From Arenicellales bacterium (GTDB lineage Bacteria > Pseudomonadota > Gammaproteobacteria > Arenicellales > JAJDZL01): DNA of 64,000 nt. Within the stretch, counting starts at the first letter, position 1; every line of letters starts with the position of its first letter. This document shows, in pieces, positions 10,146 through 18,931 of this stretch. The notes beneath the pieces are model-generated. The model did no database searches. It saw only the letters and a list, made by a program, of their open reading frames with translations, and was not told the DNA's origin. The stretch covers positions 1,635,011 through 1,699,010 of the forward strand of contig OZ253563.1 of assembly GCA_965262855.1 (NCBI GenBank). Reading direction: 5' to 3'. A program made the translations under genes and the position numbers.

Positions 10146-11222
10146 CTACTCGGAGGCGAGTTGAACAGTCGTTAAATTCATGGCAGCCACACTGAACTTG
10201 TTGCGTTCGACTTCCGGCATGGGAATCATTCCCTTGTCAACCAGGTAGCCGTCCTCACCCCAAGATCGATCACTGGTAAATTCCGAAATGTATTCCTTAA
10301 TACCTGGAATTAGATCGATATGTGCGGTTTTAATGTAAAAATACAGTGGCCGTGAAATTGCATAAGACCCTGTCGCGATGTTGTCGAACTCAGGAGCAAC
10401 TCCATCGACAATTGAACCTTGAACTTGGTCGGAATTCTGATCCAAAAAACTGAAGCCGAAAACACCAAGAGAGTCCTTGTCGGCAGTCAACTTCTGAACG
10501 ATCAGATTGTCATTTTCACCAACTTCAACCCAAGCGCCGTCTTCTCGAACACCATGACAAATTGACTTGTAGTGCTTCTTGTCGCTATTCTTGATAGCCT
10601 TGATCCATTTAAATGCCTTACATCCGCCTTCAAGTGCAAGCTCAGCAAAGGCATCTCGTGTGCCCGAAGTCGGAGGTGGCCCAAGTACGCGAATTACAAC
10701 ATCCGGCAGTTCAGAGTTCACGTCCTTCCAAGTCTTATAAGGATTCGGAATTAGTTTCTCTTCACCATTTGGGTCCGGAACGTTCTTTGCGAGTGCAAGA
10801 AAAATGTCCCGGCTTAAAAGACTAAACCGCTCCGCTTCGATCGAATTCGCTACGACGATACCGTCATAACCGAACTTGATCTCGACTATGTCATCAATAC
10901 CATTCCCGCCACAACGTTCAACTTCTGACTTTTTAATGCGTCGGGAAGCATTGGTGATATCAGGATGCTTGACCCCGATACCTGCACAGAACAGTTTCAA
11001 GCCGCCGCCGGAACCGGTCGATTCAATAATTGGGGTCCGATACTGCGAACTTGTTCCAAATCGCTCAGCAACCACAGTCGCGAATGGATACACCGTAGAT
11101 GACCCAACGATACTGATATAGTCTCTTTCGTTTGCTTGCGCAGTTGCCGAGAAAGACCCTAGCATTACTGCTAGAACAGTCAGGTAAACCCTGAGAATTG
11201 ACGACGAACTGATCATCTTCAT
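10146..11222 (-). CDS. pstS: Phosphate ABC transporter substrate-binding protein
   Basis: Signal peptide, GSSTVYPF, STGSGGG, GPPPTSGTRD, YAISRPLYFY. Confidence 0.95.
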   Translation of the reverse strand: MKMISSSSILRVYLTVLAVMLGSFSATAQANERDYISIVGSSTVYPFATVVAERFGTSSQYRTPIIESTGSGGGLKLFCAGIGVKHPDITNASRRIKKSEVERCGGNGIDDIVEIKFGYDGIVVANSIEAERFSLLSRDIFLALAKNVPDPNGEEKLIPNPYKTWKDVNSELPDVVIRVLGPPPTSGTRDAFAELALEGGCKAFKWIKAIKNSDKKHYKSICHGVREDGAWVEVGENDNLIVQKLTADKDSLGVFGFSFLDQNSDQVQGSIVDGVAPEFDNIATGSYAISRPLYFYIKTAHIDLIPGIKEYISEFTSDRSWGEDGYLVDKGMIPMPEVERNKFSVAAMNLTTVQLASE

Positions 11223-11295
11223 TCTCCATATTGAACACGTCGACCTAGATTAGGCCGTCAATGTAGGGTACAGAAACCTTGTGGTTTCGTGAACA

Positions 11296-11323
11296 AGTCT
11301 ATAGTAAAATTTTTATTTGTCAA
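11296..11323 (-). promoter_or_regulatory. Putative sigma70 promoter of pstS (TTGACA-16 nt-TAGACT)
   Basis: Minus strand reads TTGACA aataaaaattttacta TAGACT, ~75 nt upstream of the pstS ATG. Confidence 0.55.
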
Positions 11324-11355
11324 ATTCCTATTTAACTTTTTTTAAATAGGAATTT
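11322..11355. repeat. Perfect 14-bp inverted repeat in the pstS/phoU divergent intergenic region
   Basis: AAATTCCTATTTAA-cttttt-TTAAATAGGAATTT. Confidence 0.85.
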
Positions 11356-11556
11356 TGTAATTATTTCTTCAATTGCTATGGCAACAAGTTAGGCTCGTTT
11401 CCTGATCAGTTTACAGAATTAAGTAATGTAGTTTATTGTTATAATTGCAGTAAATATTGAGTCACAGAGCATAGCGGCTAAACCATCCGCTCCCACTCGA
11501 CGGTTTTCCAAAAATCAACCCCACTACATACAGCAGCCAGTAGTCAAGGAACCATA

Positions 11557-12249
11557 ATGATTGACGGGCATTACTCCGCAAAATACGATGTCGAGCTCGC
11601 AGAATTGGGAGAACTGACGCTCATGATGGGACGTCTAGTTGAAAAGCAGCTCAGAAATGCAATAAACGCATTGGTTAGAGGTGATCGAATGCTTGCTCGA
11701 CAAGTATCCGACGACGAACGTCTAGTTAATCAGCTAGAAGTGGAAATTGACAGCAAAAGCACAGAACTCCTCGCACGGCGGCAACCAATAGCCAGAGACC
11801 TTAGATTCGTGCTGATGATCATCAAAACCGTAAACGACTTAGAGCGAATGGGCGATGAAGTCAACCGCGTTGCATTGATGGGCAGCCGCGTCGTCGAGCG
11901 TCCGAGCGCCCCTCCAAACTACGATGATATTGAAGATATCGGCTTGCGTGTGCTGAAGCTATTGCAGGAAACTCTCAAAGCATTTGAACATACTGACGAT
12001 ACACAAGCGTTTGCATTGATCAGTAAGGACAAAAAAGTGGACAAGAAATTCAGAAATACGCTAAAACGTGTAAAAAAATGGATGATGGAAGAATCCGATT
12101 CAGTGCCGGATGCAATTGATATTCTGTGGGCGATTCGTTCTTTGGAACGAGTGGCCGACAGAACGTGCAACATCTGCGAGCATGTGATTTTCTGTGTGAA
12201 AGGCGAGGATATACGACACCTCGACATAGATCAATTAATGACTGACTAA
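11557..12249 (+). CDS. phoU: Phosphate signalling complex protein PhoU
   Basis: VNQLEVEID, QPIARDLR, DLERMGD, SLERVADRTCNICE. Confidence 0.95.
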   Translation: MIDGHYSAKYDVELAELGELTLMMGRLVEKQLRNAINALVRGDRMLARQVSDDERLVNQLEVEIDSKSTELLARRQPIARDLRFVLMIIKTVNDLERMGDEVNRVALMGSRVVERPSAPPNYDDIEDIGLRVLKLLQETLKAFEHTDDTQAFALISKDKKVDKKFRNTLKRVKKWMMEESDSVPDAIDILWAIRSLERVADRTCNICEHVIFCVKGEDIRHLDIDQLMTD

Positions 12250-13097
12250 TCAGGGTATCGAGTCTGACGGATCCATTCACCAACTGTCGTGACCAGCTCG
12301 TTCTCATAATCTTCGAAAAAATGATCCGGTCCTTCAATCTTTATCTGCATGGATTGAGGATTACCTGCTGATTCAATTTCCGATATCCGCCTTTCTGCAC
12401 CTTTAATCACCGCTGGATAGTCTTCACTGCCGTACACATCCAGTACCGGAATCGACATACGTTCAAGCGGAAATCTCTCAAGCATCGGCTGACCGTAGTC
12501 TGTGGCTTCCATGCCAATTCCTACGTACGCATCAATTGCGTTGTCGCCGAATTCTCCAATCCATGCCATAGTCATGTGTACCGAACAGCTGTGTGCCACG
12601 ACCGCGATCCACTGATATCCTTTTGACCGCAAGAAATCAATCCCTGCTTCAATTCTAGGAAAAGACTGAGGAATGATTTCAAGGTACTCATAGTATTTGG
12701 AATTTTTCGCCAGAACCGGCATCTGTAAAGAGAGTGTAGTTATGCCAAGCTCGCCGAAACCCTCGCGTAACGGCCCGGCAACCTGCACCCAGTCAGGATG
12801 AAAGCCTCTGCCATGAAGAAGAATAACTGCACCTTCAAAACTCGAAGCACTCGCTTCAGAATACAGCGATAGAAAATTACGTTTACCATCATTCAGGTAA
12901 ACCGCGTCGCCTTCGAATAGTCCAGCTTCCGCTTCTTGCGCCAGCCTCGCTTCTCGCTCATAGTCAGGCTGTCCGTCAGCCAACGAGATTGAATTGACCA
13001 GACTTCCGAACAGCAGGAGAAATATCCAGCCAAATACTGTTTTGATTGTCAAATTCCTATTTCTATCAAATCTAAATTCCACAATCACCCGTACCAT
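12246..13097 (-). CDS. Exported alpha/beta-hydrolase-fold protein, DUF3530-like
   Basis: Signal-like N-terminus, ILLHGRGFHPDW, AHS nucleophile elbow, PVLDVYG, DHFF. Confidence 0.7.
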   Translation of the reverse strand: MVRVIVEFRFDRNRNLTIKTVFGWIFLLLFGSLVNSISLADGQPDYEREARLAQEAEAGLFEGDAVYLNDGKRNFLSLYSEASASSFEGAVILLHGRGFHPDWVQVAGPLREGFGELGITTLSLQMPVLAKNSKYYEYLEIIPQSFPRIEAGIDFLRSKGYQWIAVVAHSCSVHMTMAWIGEFGDNAIDAYVGIGMEATDYGQPMLERFPLERMSIPVLDVYGSEDYPAVIKGAERRISEIESAGNPQSMQIKIEGPDHFFEDYENELVTTVGEWIRQTRYPD

Positions 13098-13126
13098 CCG
13101 TGAGATTTTGATATCTAGTGTATAGC

Positions 13127-13426
13127 TTAGCGCTGGTACGAGAATTCAGCTATGTACTCTTGGTCGTGATCCAATCGATCTATGCTGGCCATTCGAGAAT
13201 CAATCAGTTTATTCATGAAGTCCATGCACATGGACGCGAATGCTTTTGCGCGTTCCGAGTCATCGAAAAAATAGTCCGAATCAATGCAGCCGAATTGCTG
13301 GAAATTCTGTGCAAGCGAGACGCCTGCTTCCAAATTTGTACGCAGCAGTTGCTGATCTTCGGCCAGCAAGCGCTGATGTCTGATTTCTTCAATCAAATTT
13401 TTCCGCACTACGACTCTGTAGAACAT
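13127..13426 (-). CDS. Hypothetical protein (99 aa)
   Basis: Co-directional, 29-60 bp gaps to neighbours, protein-like composition. Confidence 0.65.
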   Translation of the reverse strand: MFYRVVVRKNLIEEIRHQRLLAEDQQLLRTNLEAGVSLAQNFQQFGCIDSDYFFDDSERAKAFASMCMDFMNKLIDSRMASIDRLDHDQEYIAEFSYQR

Positions 13427-13486
13427 GATCCTTCTACCTGTACGCTTGGTATTCCAATATCCTCGTATTCGTTTTTGAACCTAATT

Positions 13487-13732
13487 CTATGGTGCATATC
13501 CCATGCAGTTTCCAAAACAGTATGGAGCATTGTCCGATCGTTTGCATCCACACATGTAGAATTCACCGGATATGGGTGCGATAAACTTAATTGGTTTGAA
13601 GTCTGTGCCCCGATGAGTGCCATCACACCACGGCTGCGAACTACTCAGGCCGCAACTGCACCAAGCATAAAGTACACCTGACTCCACTTGCACTACATAA
13701 GGCGCTTTCTGCGAACAAAGCGGCAGTTCCAT
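13487..13732 (-). CDS. Tandem CDGSH iron-sulfur domain protein (MiNT/CISD3-like), second motif variant
   Basis: WCSCGLSSSQPWCDGTH canonical; second motif CGCKRSDNAPYCFGNC; ATG 1 nt after the upstream TGA. Confidence 0.9.
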   Translation of the reverse strand: MELPLCSQKAPYVVQVESGVLYAWCSCGLSSSQPWCDGTHRGTDFKPIKFIAPISGEFYMCGCKRSDNAPYCFGNCMGYAP

Positions 13733-13733
13733 A

Positions 13734-14012
13734 TCAATCTTGCGCAATATTCAAATTTAGAACGGGATAAACGGGCATTCCATTGCAGTCCCGGCCTTTA
13801 CCCACTACCTGCCCATTATCCAACATATACCACTCTTCAATATTTTGCTCGGGGCCTGGCCAAGGAGCAAATAGTTCACTGTGCGATGAACAAGGCTCTC
13901 CGGAGGTAAGTTTTATCGCTGTAACTCGCTGATTCCTTAACTTGTACGCAGCTGTGTCGCGATACGCCGCATCTTCCGTTAAATTCGGTAAAACGTCCTT
14001 AAGTTCAGGCAA
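13734..14012 (-). CDS. Hypothetical protein (92 aa)
   Basis: Operonic spacing (12 bp and 1 bp); WPGPEQNIEEWYMLDNG segment. Confidence 0.7.
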   Translation of the reverse strand: MPELKDVLPNLTEDAAYRDTAAYKLRNQRVTAIKLTSGEPCSSHSELFAPWPGPEQNIEEWYMLDNGQVVGKGRDCNGMPVYPVLNLNIAQD

Positions 14013-14024
14013 CAGGTGTGAACA

Positions 14025-14831
14025 CTATTCCGGCTTAATGTCTATGGCTCGAAATCCGCCAAACCCATCTTCGACAATTTGATACTTAACTCTTTGCCCT
14101 CGATGCAATTCGCCAAGACCACTGGATTCGACAGCGCTTTTGTGGATAAAAACGTTTCGGCCGCTTTCATTGTCAGTGATATATCCGCCGAAAGGGTTTC
14201 TCAGAGCGTTATATACCGCCACTTCGCCTGCCGAAGCACCGGGCTTCAAACCTTTGGTCTGTTTCTTGTCCATAGCCGTGGAACCACCCACATCCAAATG
14301 CGACAAGTCCTCTCCAGTGAACTTCGACCAGATTTGCAGGGCATAGTCTTCAATATTGCCATCTGATGTATCGAACTCCACATCGGGATCGATGTGATTG
14401 ACCTGCGGATAGAGCAAGCGGCTGAGTTTTTCATCGTCTTGATCACGCTGACTGACGCCCTCTCCAATCTGTCTAGTTCGCCCTCCGCCCTCTTCTTGCC
14501 GATGTTCCCATCGTTCATTTCTGATCTTGTCATCGGACTTCAAATGCACAAAATACACGCCTTCGATACCTTGCAGAACAGCATCCATGAATGCGCTCTC
14601 AAGAATCAAAACCGGGTCTGGCCATGAAGTCATTGACCTTGTTTCTTGGTCCAACTTGCGGTGGTAGTCCAGATCAATGTCTGCGCCGCCGGTTGACTTC
14701 GATACCAATGCCTGGGTTGTAACAGCTTCTCCGCGACTTGCCAGCTTGTAACCGGTAAGACGCGATATAGCTCTCGCCACATCCGATTTCAGGCAACATG
14801 TCTTTCCATAAATTGCAATTACTTGACTCAT
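14025..14831 (-). CDS. Cytidylate-kinase-like P-loop domain fused to a C-terminal cold-shock domain
   Basis: VIAIYGKTCCLKSDVARAIS (degenerate NMP-kinase P-loop), RDQDD, DVEFDTS; C-terminal FGGYITD..NVFIHKSAVESSGLGELHRGQRVKYQIV (RNP1/RNP2-like CSD). Confidence 0.75.
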   Translation of the reverse strand: MSQVIAIYGKTCCLKSDVARAISRLTGYKLASRGEAVTTQALVSKSTGGADIDLDYHRKLDQETRSMTSWPDPVLILESAFMDAVLQGIEGVYFVHLKSDDKIRNERWEHRQEEGGGRTRQIGEGVSQRDQDDEKLSRLLYPQVNHIDPDVEFDTSDGNIEDYALQIWSKFTGEDLSHLDVGGSTAMDKKQTKGLKPGASAGEVAVYNALRNPFGGYITDNESGRNVFIHKSAVESSGLGELHRGQRVKYQIVEDGFGGFRAIDIKPE

Positions 14832-14840
14832 GTGACAATC

Positions 14841-15983
14841 TCAACTTTTATGATCATTTTTACTCATGCTTGACAGTAGTCCGGATAACGAGTGCATACG
14901 TTTTTCGGCAAGAATTCTCTTTTGTGAATTCATCATTCTTCCAATGGGTGTAGCACAGGAATGCACGAGTCTGAATACCGGTACGTATACGATGAATGCC
15001 AACGACCCAAACACGTGAAAGTACCACATCGGCGTATGTAACGCAGCAAGCACGTGCCCGCTTTCTGAGGTCATCCTTGCAATCGTCCAACCGACGAATG
15101 AATAGCAACTGCCGGCCGGGAAACCATCAATAACAAGCCTTGCTGCTTCGACAACAAAACCAGTCACTACTACGAGAAACAGGAACAGTACGGACGGTGT
15201 ATCAGCAAACTTCTTTTCTTCTGACTTGCCAACCTGAATCCGCCAAAGAAACGAAAGCAGACACCCGACCAGCACCAAAATACCAAAGAAATCGAAGGCA
15301 AAATCGAAGGCAACTCGAACTGGGTGTCCGTCAATTTCCCAGATGTCGACATAGCCGAAAGCCGGAATGCCTTCCCGTATAAATACCGCAATGATTTCAA
15401 CACCGAACAACAATGCAAATCCCCAAAATATCAAGGTATGCCGCAACCAGCGAAATCCGCTCACCGAAAACAGGCTGGAATGCATCACGACATCTTCCAG
15501 AAATGTCTTGCGCATCAATGCCGGTTCGGCATTTTCTCTCGAAATGTAGCGGTGATAACGATCCCAGCTCGGGCGATTCTTCTGATAGAGTATCCGATAC
15601 ATTCCGATATCGAAAAGGACCAGTGCTGCGAGAGCTGTTGGGCCGAACAGCAACCACTTCATTTCGACTTGGCCAGCCAATCCCTCCATGACAAAGTGTC
15701 CAGAGAGATCGAACACACCGATTACATACATCCAGGCACCGACAAGAAACAACCATCTCATCGCACCAGTTAGGGTTTCGGCTGAAAATTTCCGCGTAAA
15801 TACCAGCAATCCCAGCGCTGCAACGCCCCCTGTCAAGAGCACTACGGAAACAAGAAGCAAAGCATACCCTAGCCCGGCACCGTACTGACCGGACAACTGC
15901 AATACGAAAACCGTAATCCCCACTATCAATGGCAAAACTACGCGTCTACGGCTACGGCGAAAATCCGTTGCGGCTTTCTCCAT
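14841..15983 (-). CDS. NarI/DsrM/HdrE-like membrane cytochrome b with extra N-terminal TM helices
   Basis: Polytopic; WLRHTLIFWGF, TGFVVEAAR, WYFHVFG..FRLVH His pattern; RBS GAGGA. Confidence 0.75.
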   Translation of the reverse strand: MEKAATDFRRSRRRVVLPLIVGITVFVLQLSGQYGAGLGYALLLVSVVLLTGGVAALGLLVFTRKFSAETLTGAMRWLFLVGAWMYVIGVFDLSGHFVMEGLAGQVEMKWLLFGPTALAALVLFDIGMYRILYQKNRPSWDRYHRYISRENAEPALMRKTFLEDVVMHSSLFSVSGFRWLRHTLIFWGFALLFGVEIIAVFIREGIPAFGYVDIWEIDGHPVRVAFDFAFDFFGILVLVGCLLSFLWRIQVGKSEEKKFADTPSVLFLFLVVVTGFVVEAARLVIDGFPAGSCYSFVGWTIARMTSESGHVLAALHTPMWYFHVFGSLAFIVYVPVFRLVHSCATPIGRMMNSQKRILAEKRMHSLSGLLSSMSKNDHKS

Positions 15984-16051
15984 AGTCCTCCTATACCACT
16001 AATCCTCGAGACGGCAGTCGCTTGACGACACCATGATCAAATCTTCGTATT

Positions 16052-16903
16052 TCAGCCTGCAGCGGCTGACTCCAACTTGGCAGCCTGTTCAGCTGCTCGC
16101 TGTGCATCCACGGCAAGCATTGCTCCATGCAATGCTGGATCACCGCCTTTAATATCTCGAAATTCCTGAACGCATGCCTTGGCTTTCTCTACCGCGACTA
16201 GAGCATCTGCTCCATATGCATCCGCTCCAATCTTGTCACACCACGCCTGACTGATTGGCGCTCCGCCTACAAATACTTTAACGTCCCCGCGCAGTCCTTC
16301 CGACTGAATATGCTTGATAGTTTCCCATTGCATGTTCATGGTTGTGGTCAACAAGGCGGAAAAACCGACAATCTGCGGCTTGTGCTCGCGTATTGCGGCA
16401 ATGAAATCTTCTGGCGGAACCGTCACACCGAGATCAATGACGGTAAAGCCCGCGGCTTCCAGCATCATGGCAACAATCTTCTTGCCGATGTCGTGCAAGT
16501 CCCCTTGCACAGTGCCAACAACTACCGTACCGATTTCATCTGATTTTTCCGCTACGATCAGCGGTTTCAGAATTCCTAATGCGGAGTGCATGCACTTCGC
16601 CGACATCATGACTTCCGGCAGAAAGTATTCATCCATCTTGAATCGACGGCCAACCTCAGCGATTCCTGTCGCCATAGGGCCTGCAACAAGCGTCCTTGGC
16701 GAAATTTCCGCTTCCAATGCTGGATGAATCAAATCCGATGTTTCTTCGTGTTCGCCATCTATGATGTTCCACTCGATCTCGTGAAACAGTTCCTTGATCT
16801 CCTGTGGAGCATCCGTCCAGCGGTCAGTTTCTAAAGAGTCTTCAAAGTCATACTGAAGATCTTCGAGATCCCATTCCTTTTCAGTTTCGATTATTAACGG
16901 CAT
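16052..16903 (-). CDS. Methyltransferase cognate corrinoid (cobalamin-binding) protein with acidic N-terminal extension
   Basis: Cap domain EVGRRFKMDEYFLPEVMMSA; GTVQGDLHDIGK (DxHxxG), SALLTTT, VFVGGAP; alternative TTG start at 16927. Confidence 0.92.
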   Translation of the reverse strand: MPLIIETEKEWDLEDLQYDFEDSLETDRWTDAPQEIKELFHEIEWNIIDGEHEETSDLIHPALEAEISPRTLVAGPMATGIAEVGRRFKMDEYFLPEVMMSAKCMHSALGILKPLIVAEKSDEIGTVVVGTVQGDLHDIGKKIVAMMLEAAGFTVIDLGVTVPPEDFIAAIREHKPQIVGFSALLTTTMNMQWETIKHIQSEGLRGDVKVFVGGAPISQAWCDKIGADAYGADALVAVEKAKACVQEFRDIKGGDPALHGAMLAVDAQRAAEQAAKLESAAAG

Positions 16904-16927
16904 ATCGCATTCTATAAGTAAAAACAA

Positions 16928-18310
16928 TCAAGCTGCGCGCGCGGCATTGCGGTCAGGCCGCCTTCGACGTTTGCGCTCTCCAGTCCAAGGTTCATAACCC
17001 TCGCCAATGTCAGCGCCCGGGGGTGGTTCGCTCGGCAAAGGATACACGCCGTAAGTTCTCGCCTCATCAATCATCGCAAGCACATTCTGCGTTGGTACAT
17101 CATGCTCCAGCCGATGAGATGAACTCAGCAGATAACCGCCACCGTGCCCCATTTCCCAGATTCGCTGCCGAACTTCGGATCGCACATCCTCTACACTGCC
17201 CCACGGCAGTGTTTCCTGCACGTCGATTCCACCATAAAAAAACATTTCCTGCCCCAACTGTCGCTTTTTTGCCGCAGGATTCGAGTGACGAGCAACTTTC
17301 GGCGGCAAACTATCGTAACCGTCCACGCCCGACTCAATCAAACCTCGCATGAAGGGTTCCGGTATCGCTCCACAACTATGAAACTGAATTTTACCCAGTG
17401 GGTTCTTTTTTAGGTAATATTCCTTAATTTCATTAAATGCACGCACATAGTGCGGCTTTACCTGCCGCTCGAACATTTTCAGTGACAGGAACGCGGTTTT
17501 TTCACTGGCCAAGTCTTCCGGACTCAAGCGCATCCAGTCGAGATACTCTCCACATTCGTCGATAATCGCCTTGTTGAACTCGATTTCAATATCCGTTAAT
17601 CGAGTCAACATTGCTTCAAGAAATTTGGGAGATTCAATAAAATCTGAAAATATTTTGGCATAGCCGACCATATATTTCGCTTGCTCGAAGATTCCACCCC
17701 GGCCGCCTTGGCCCATTAACGCGAAAGGCGTATCATCATGTATGAATTTGCAGTATTCCCGCAACGTCATACCAGGAATTGGAGAATCCTCCCAGCATGA
17801 TTCATCCCACGGATCTGGCCAAGGAAACTCATCGAGAATTCGCATGCCTTCTTCAAGGGGTGCACTCGTCGCGTGAAATAGTGGATATCCGATCATTTCG
17901 TAGTAGCCGCCTTGTTCGTGTGGCGTCCACTTTCGAATCACTCCCCATTCGTCCACGTTAATATCCATGTTCGGTGGCGGAATACCCATATCGAAAGGAA
18001 TTTCGTCAAATGCAATTTCACGAAATCCTGGTGAACCTCCAGGCGTTCCAATCGCAATTCGCATAAAGTCCACATCCAGTTTCTGCGCTAGATCCAACTC
18101 GAAACTCACATCTGTGGTCCATGTTGTCGAACCCGTACGGTAGTCTTTGGGATCGGCCTTGTAATCCATACCGATACCCTTGCGTAAATTCTGATATCCC
18201 TCGATTGTGCCCCAGAGACCAACCGGGACAAGATCTGGTTCGCGCAAATGAAGCGCGTCAATCACTCTTTTTCGTTGCGGCGGAACCGCATTGCCAATAA
18301 TCTCAGCCAT
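16928..18310 (-). CDS. Uroporphyrinogen decarboxylase-family / MtaA-CmuA-like (putative Zn) methyltransferase
   Basis: REPDLVPV, DEWGV, WPDP, FHSCG (HxC), GGIDVQ, GGGYLLSSSH; adjacent to the corrinoid protein. Confidence 0.88.
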   Translation of the reverse strand: MAEIIGNAVPPQRKRVIDALHLREPDLVPVGLWGTIEGYQNLRKGIGMDYKADPKDYRTGSTTWTTDVSFELDLAQKLDVDFMRIAIGTPGGSPGFREIAFDEIPFDMGIPPPNMDINVDEWGVIRKWTPHEQGGYYEMIGYPLFHATSAPLEEGMRILDEFPWPDPWDESCWEDSPIPGMTLREYCKFIHDDTPFALMGQGGRGGIFEQAKYMVGYAKIFSDFIESPKFLEAMLTRLTDIEIEFNKAIIDECGEYLDWMRLSPEDLASEKTAFLSLKMFERQVKPHYVRAFNEIKEYYLKKNPLGKIQFHSCGAIPEPFMRGLIESGVDGYDSLPPKVARHSNPAAKKRQLGQEMFFYGGIDVQETLPWGSVEDVRSEVRQRIWEMGHGGGYLLSSSHRLEHDVPTQNVLAMIDEARTYGVYPLPSEPPPGADIGEGYEPWTGERKRRRRPDRNAARAA

Positions 18311-18357
18311 CGTTAATCTCCGTCAACGATTGAACAATATTAAAATCTTGAATCTGT

Positions 18358-18912
18358 TTATGAATTGGGCGCAAATCTCGATGCCGCATCCATCACTATG
18401 CCTGGAAATCCCTGCGCGGATAGTCGTTTAGCCGCATTTTCGCGATTCACTGTCGCCAGTTCCGACATCGGTCCCGATACGATCGCCCCCGTTGGACAGA
18501 TTTCCTCGCAGGCACGCGGCATATCCAACGGACGCTCCTTGCCGGGTGTCTGACAGAAGTTGCATTTTTCCATCTTACCTGCAGTTGCACTCAGCTGTGG
18601 AGCATTGAATGGACAAGCCCAAGTACAGAATCCGCAACCAATACAGGTGTTCTGATCGACAACAACGATGCCATCCTCTACTCTTTTGGTAATCGCATTG
18701 ACAGGACAGGCAGTGCGACAAGGTGCATCTCCACAATGCATGCATGCCATTGAGACATTCATAGCCGTCACATTGGGAAACGTTCCCGACTCGATCTTTA
18801 CAACTTCCCTCCAGCGAGGTCCGACTTCGATCTCATTCCAGGATTTACAGGCAATTTCACAAGCATGACACTTCACGCACCGTTTGTGATCAAAATAAAA
18901 TCCATATTGCAT
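18358..18912 (-). CDS. DmsB/PsrB-type 4x[4Fe-4S] electron-transfer subunit
   Basis: CVKCHACEIAC, CMHCGDAPCRTACP, CIGCGFCTWACP, KCNFC..CEEICP; RBS GAGAGGA before ATG 18912. Confidence 0.93.
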   Translation of the reverse strand: MQYGFYFDHKRCVKCHACEIACKSWNEIEVGPRWREVVKIESGTFPNVTAMNVSMACMHCGDAPCRTACPVNAITKRVEDGIVVVDQNTCIGCGFCTWACPFNAPQLSATAGKMEKCNFCQTPGKERPLDMPRACEEICPTGAIVSGPMSELATVNRENAAKRLSAQGFPGIVMDAASRFAPNS

Positions 18913-18931
18913 GACTTTTCCTCTCGCTGAT

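Noticed and set aside
11400-11470. Pho-box-like 11-bp periodic repeats upstream of phoU
   Set aside because: Only one half-site (TTGTTAT) resembles the consensus; not distinguishable from AT-rich background
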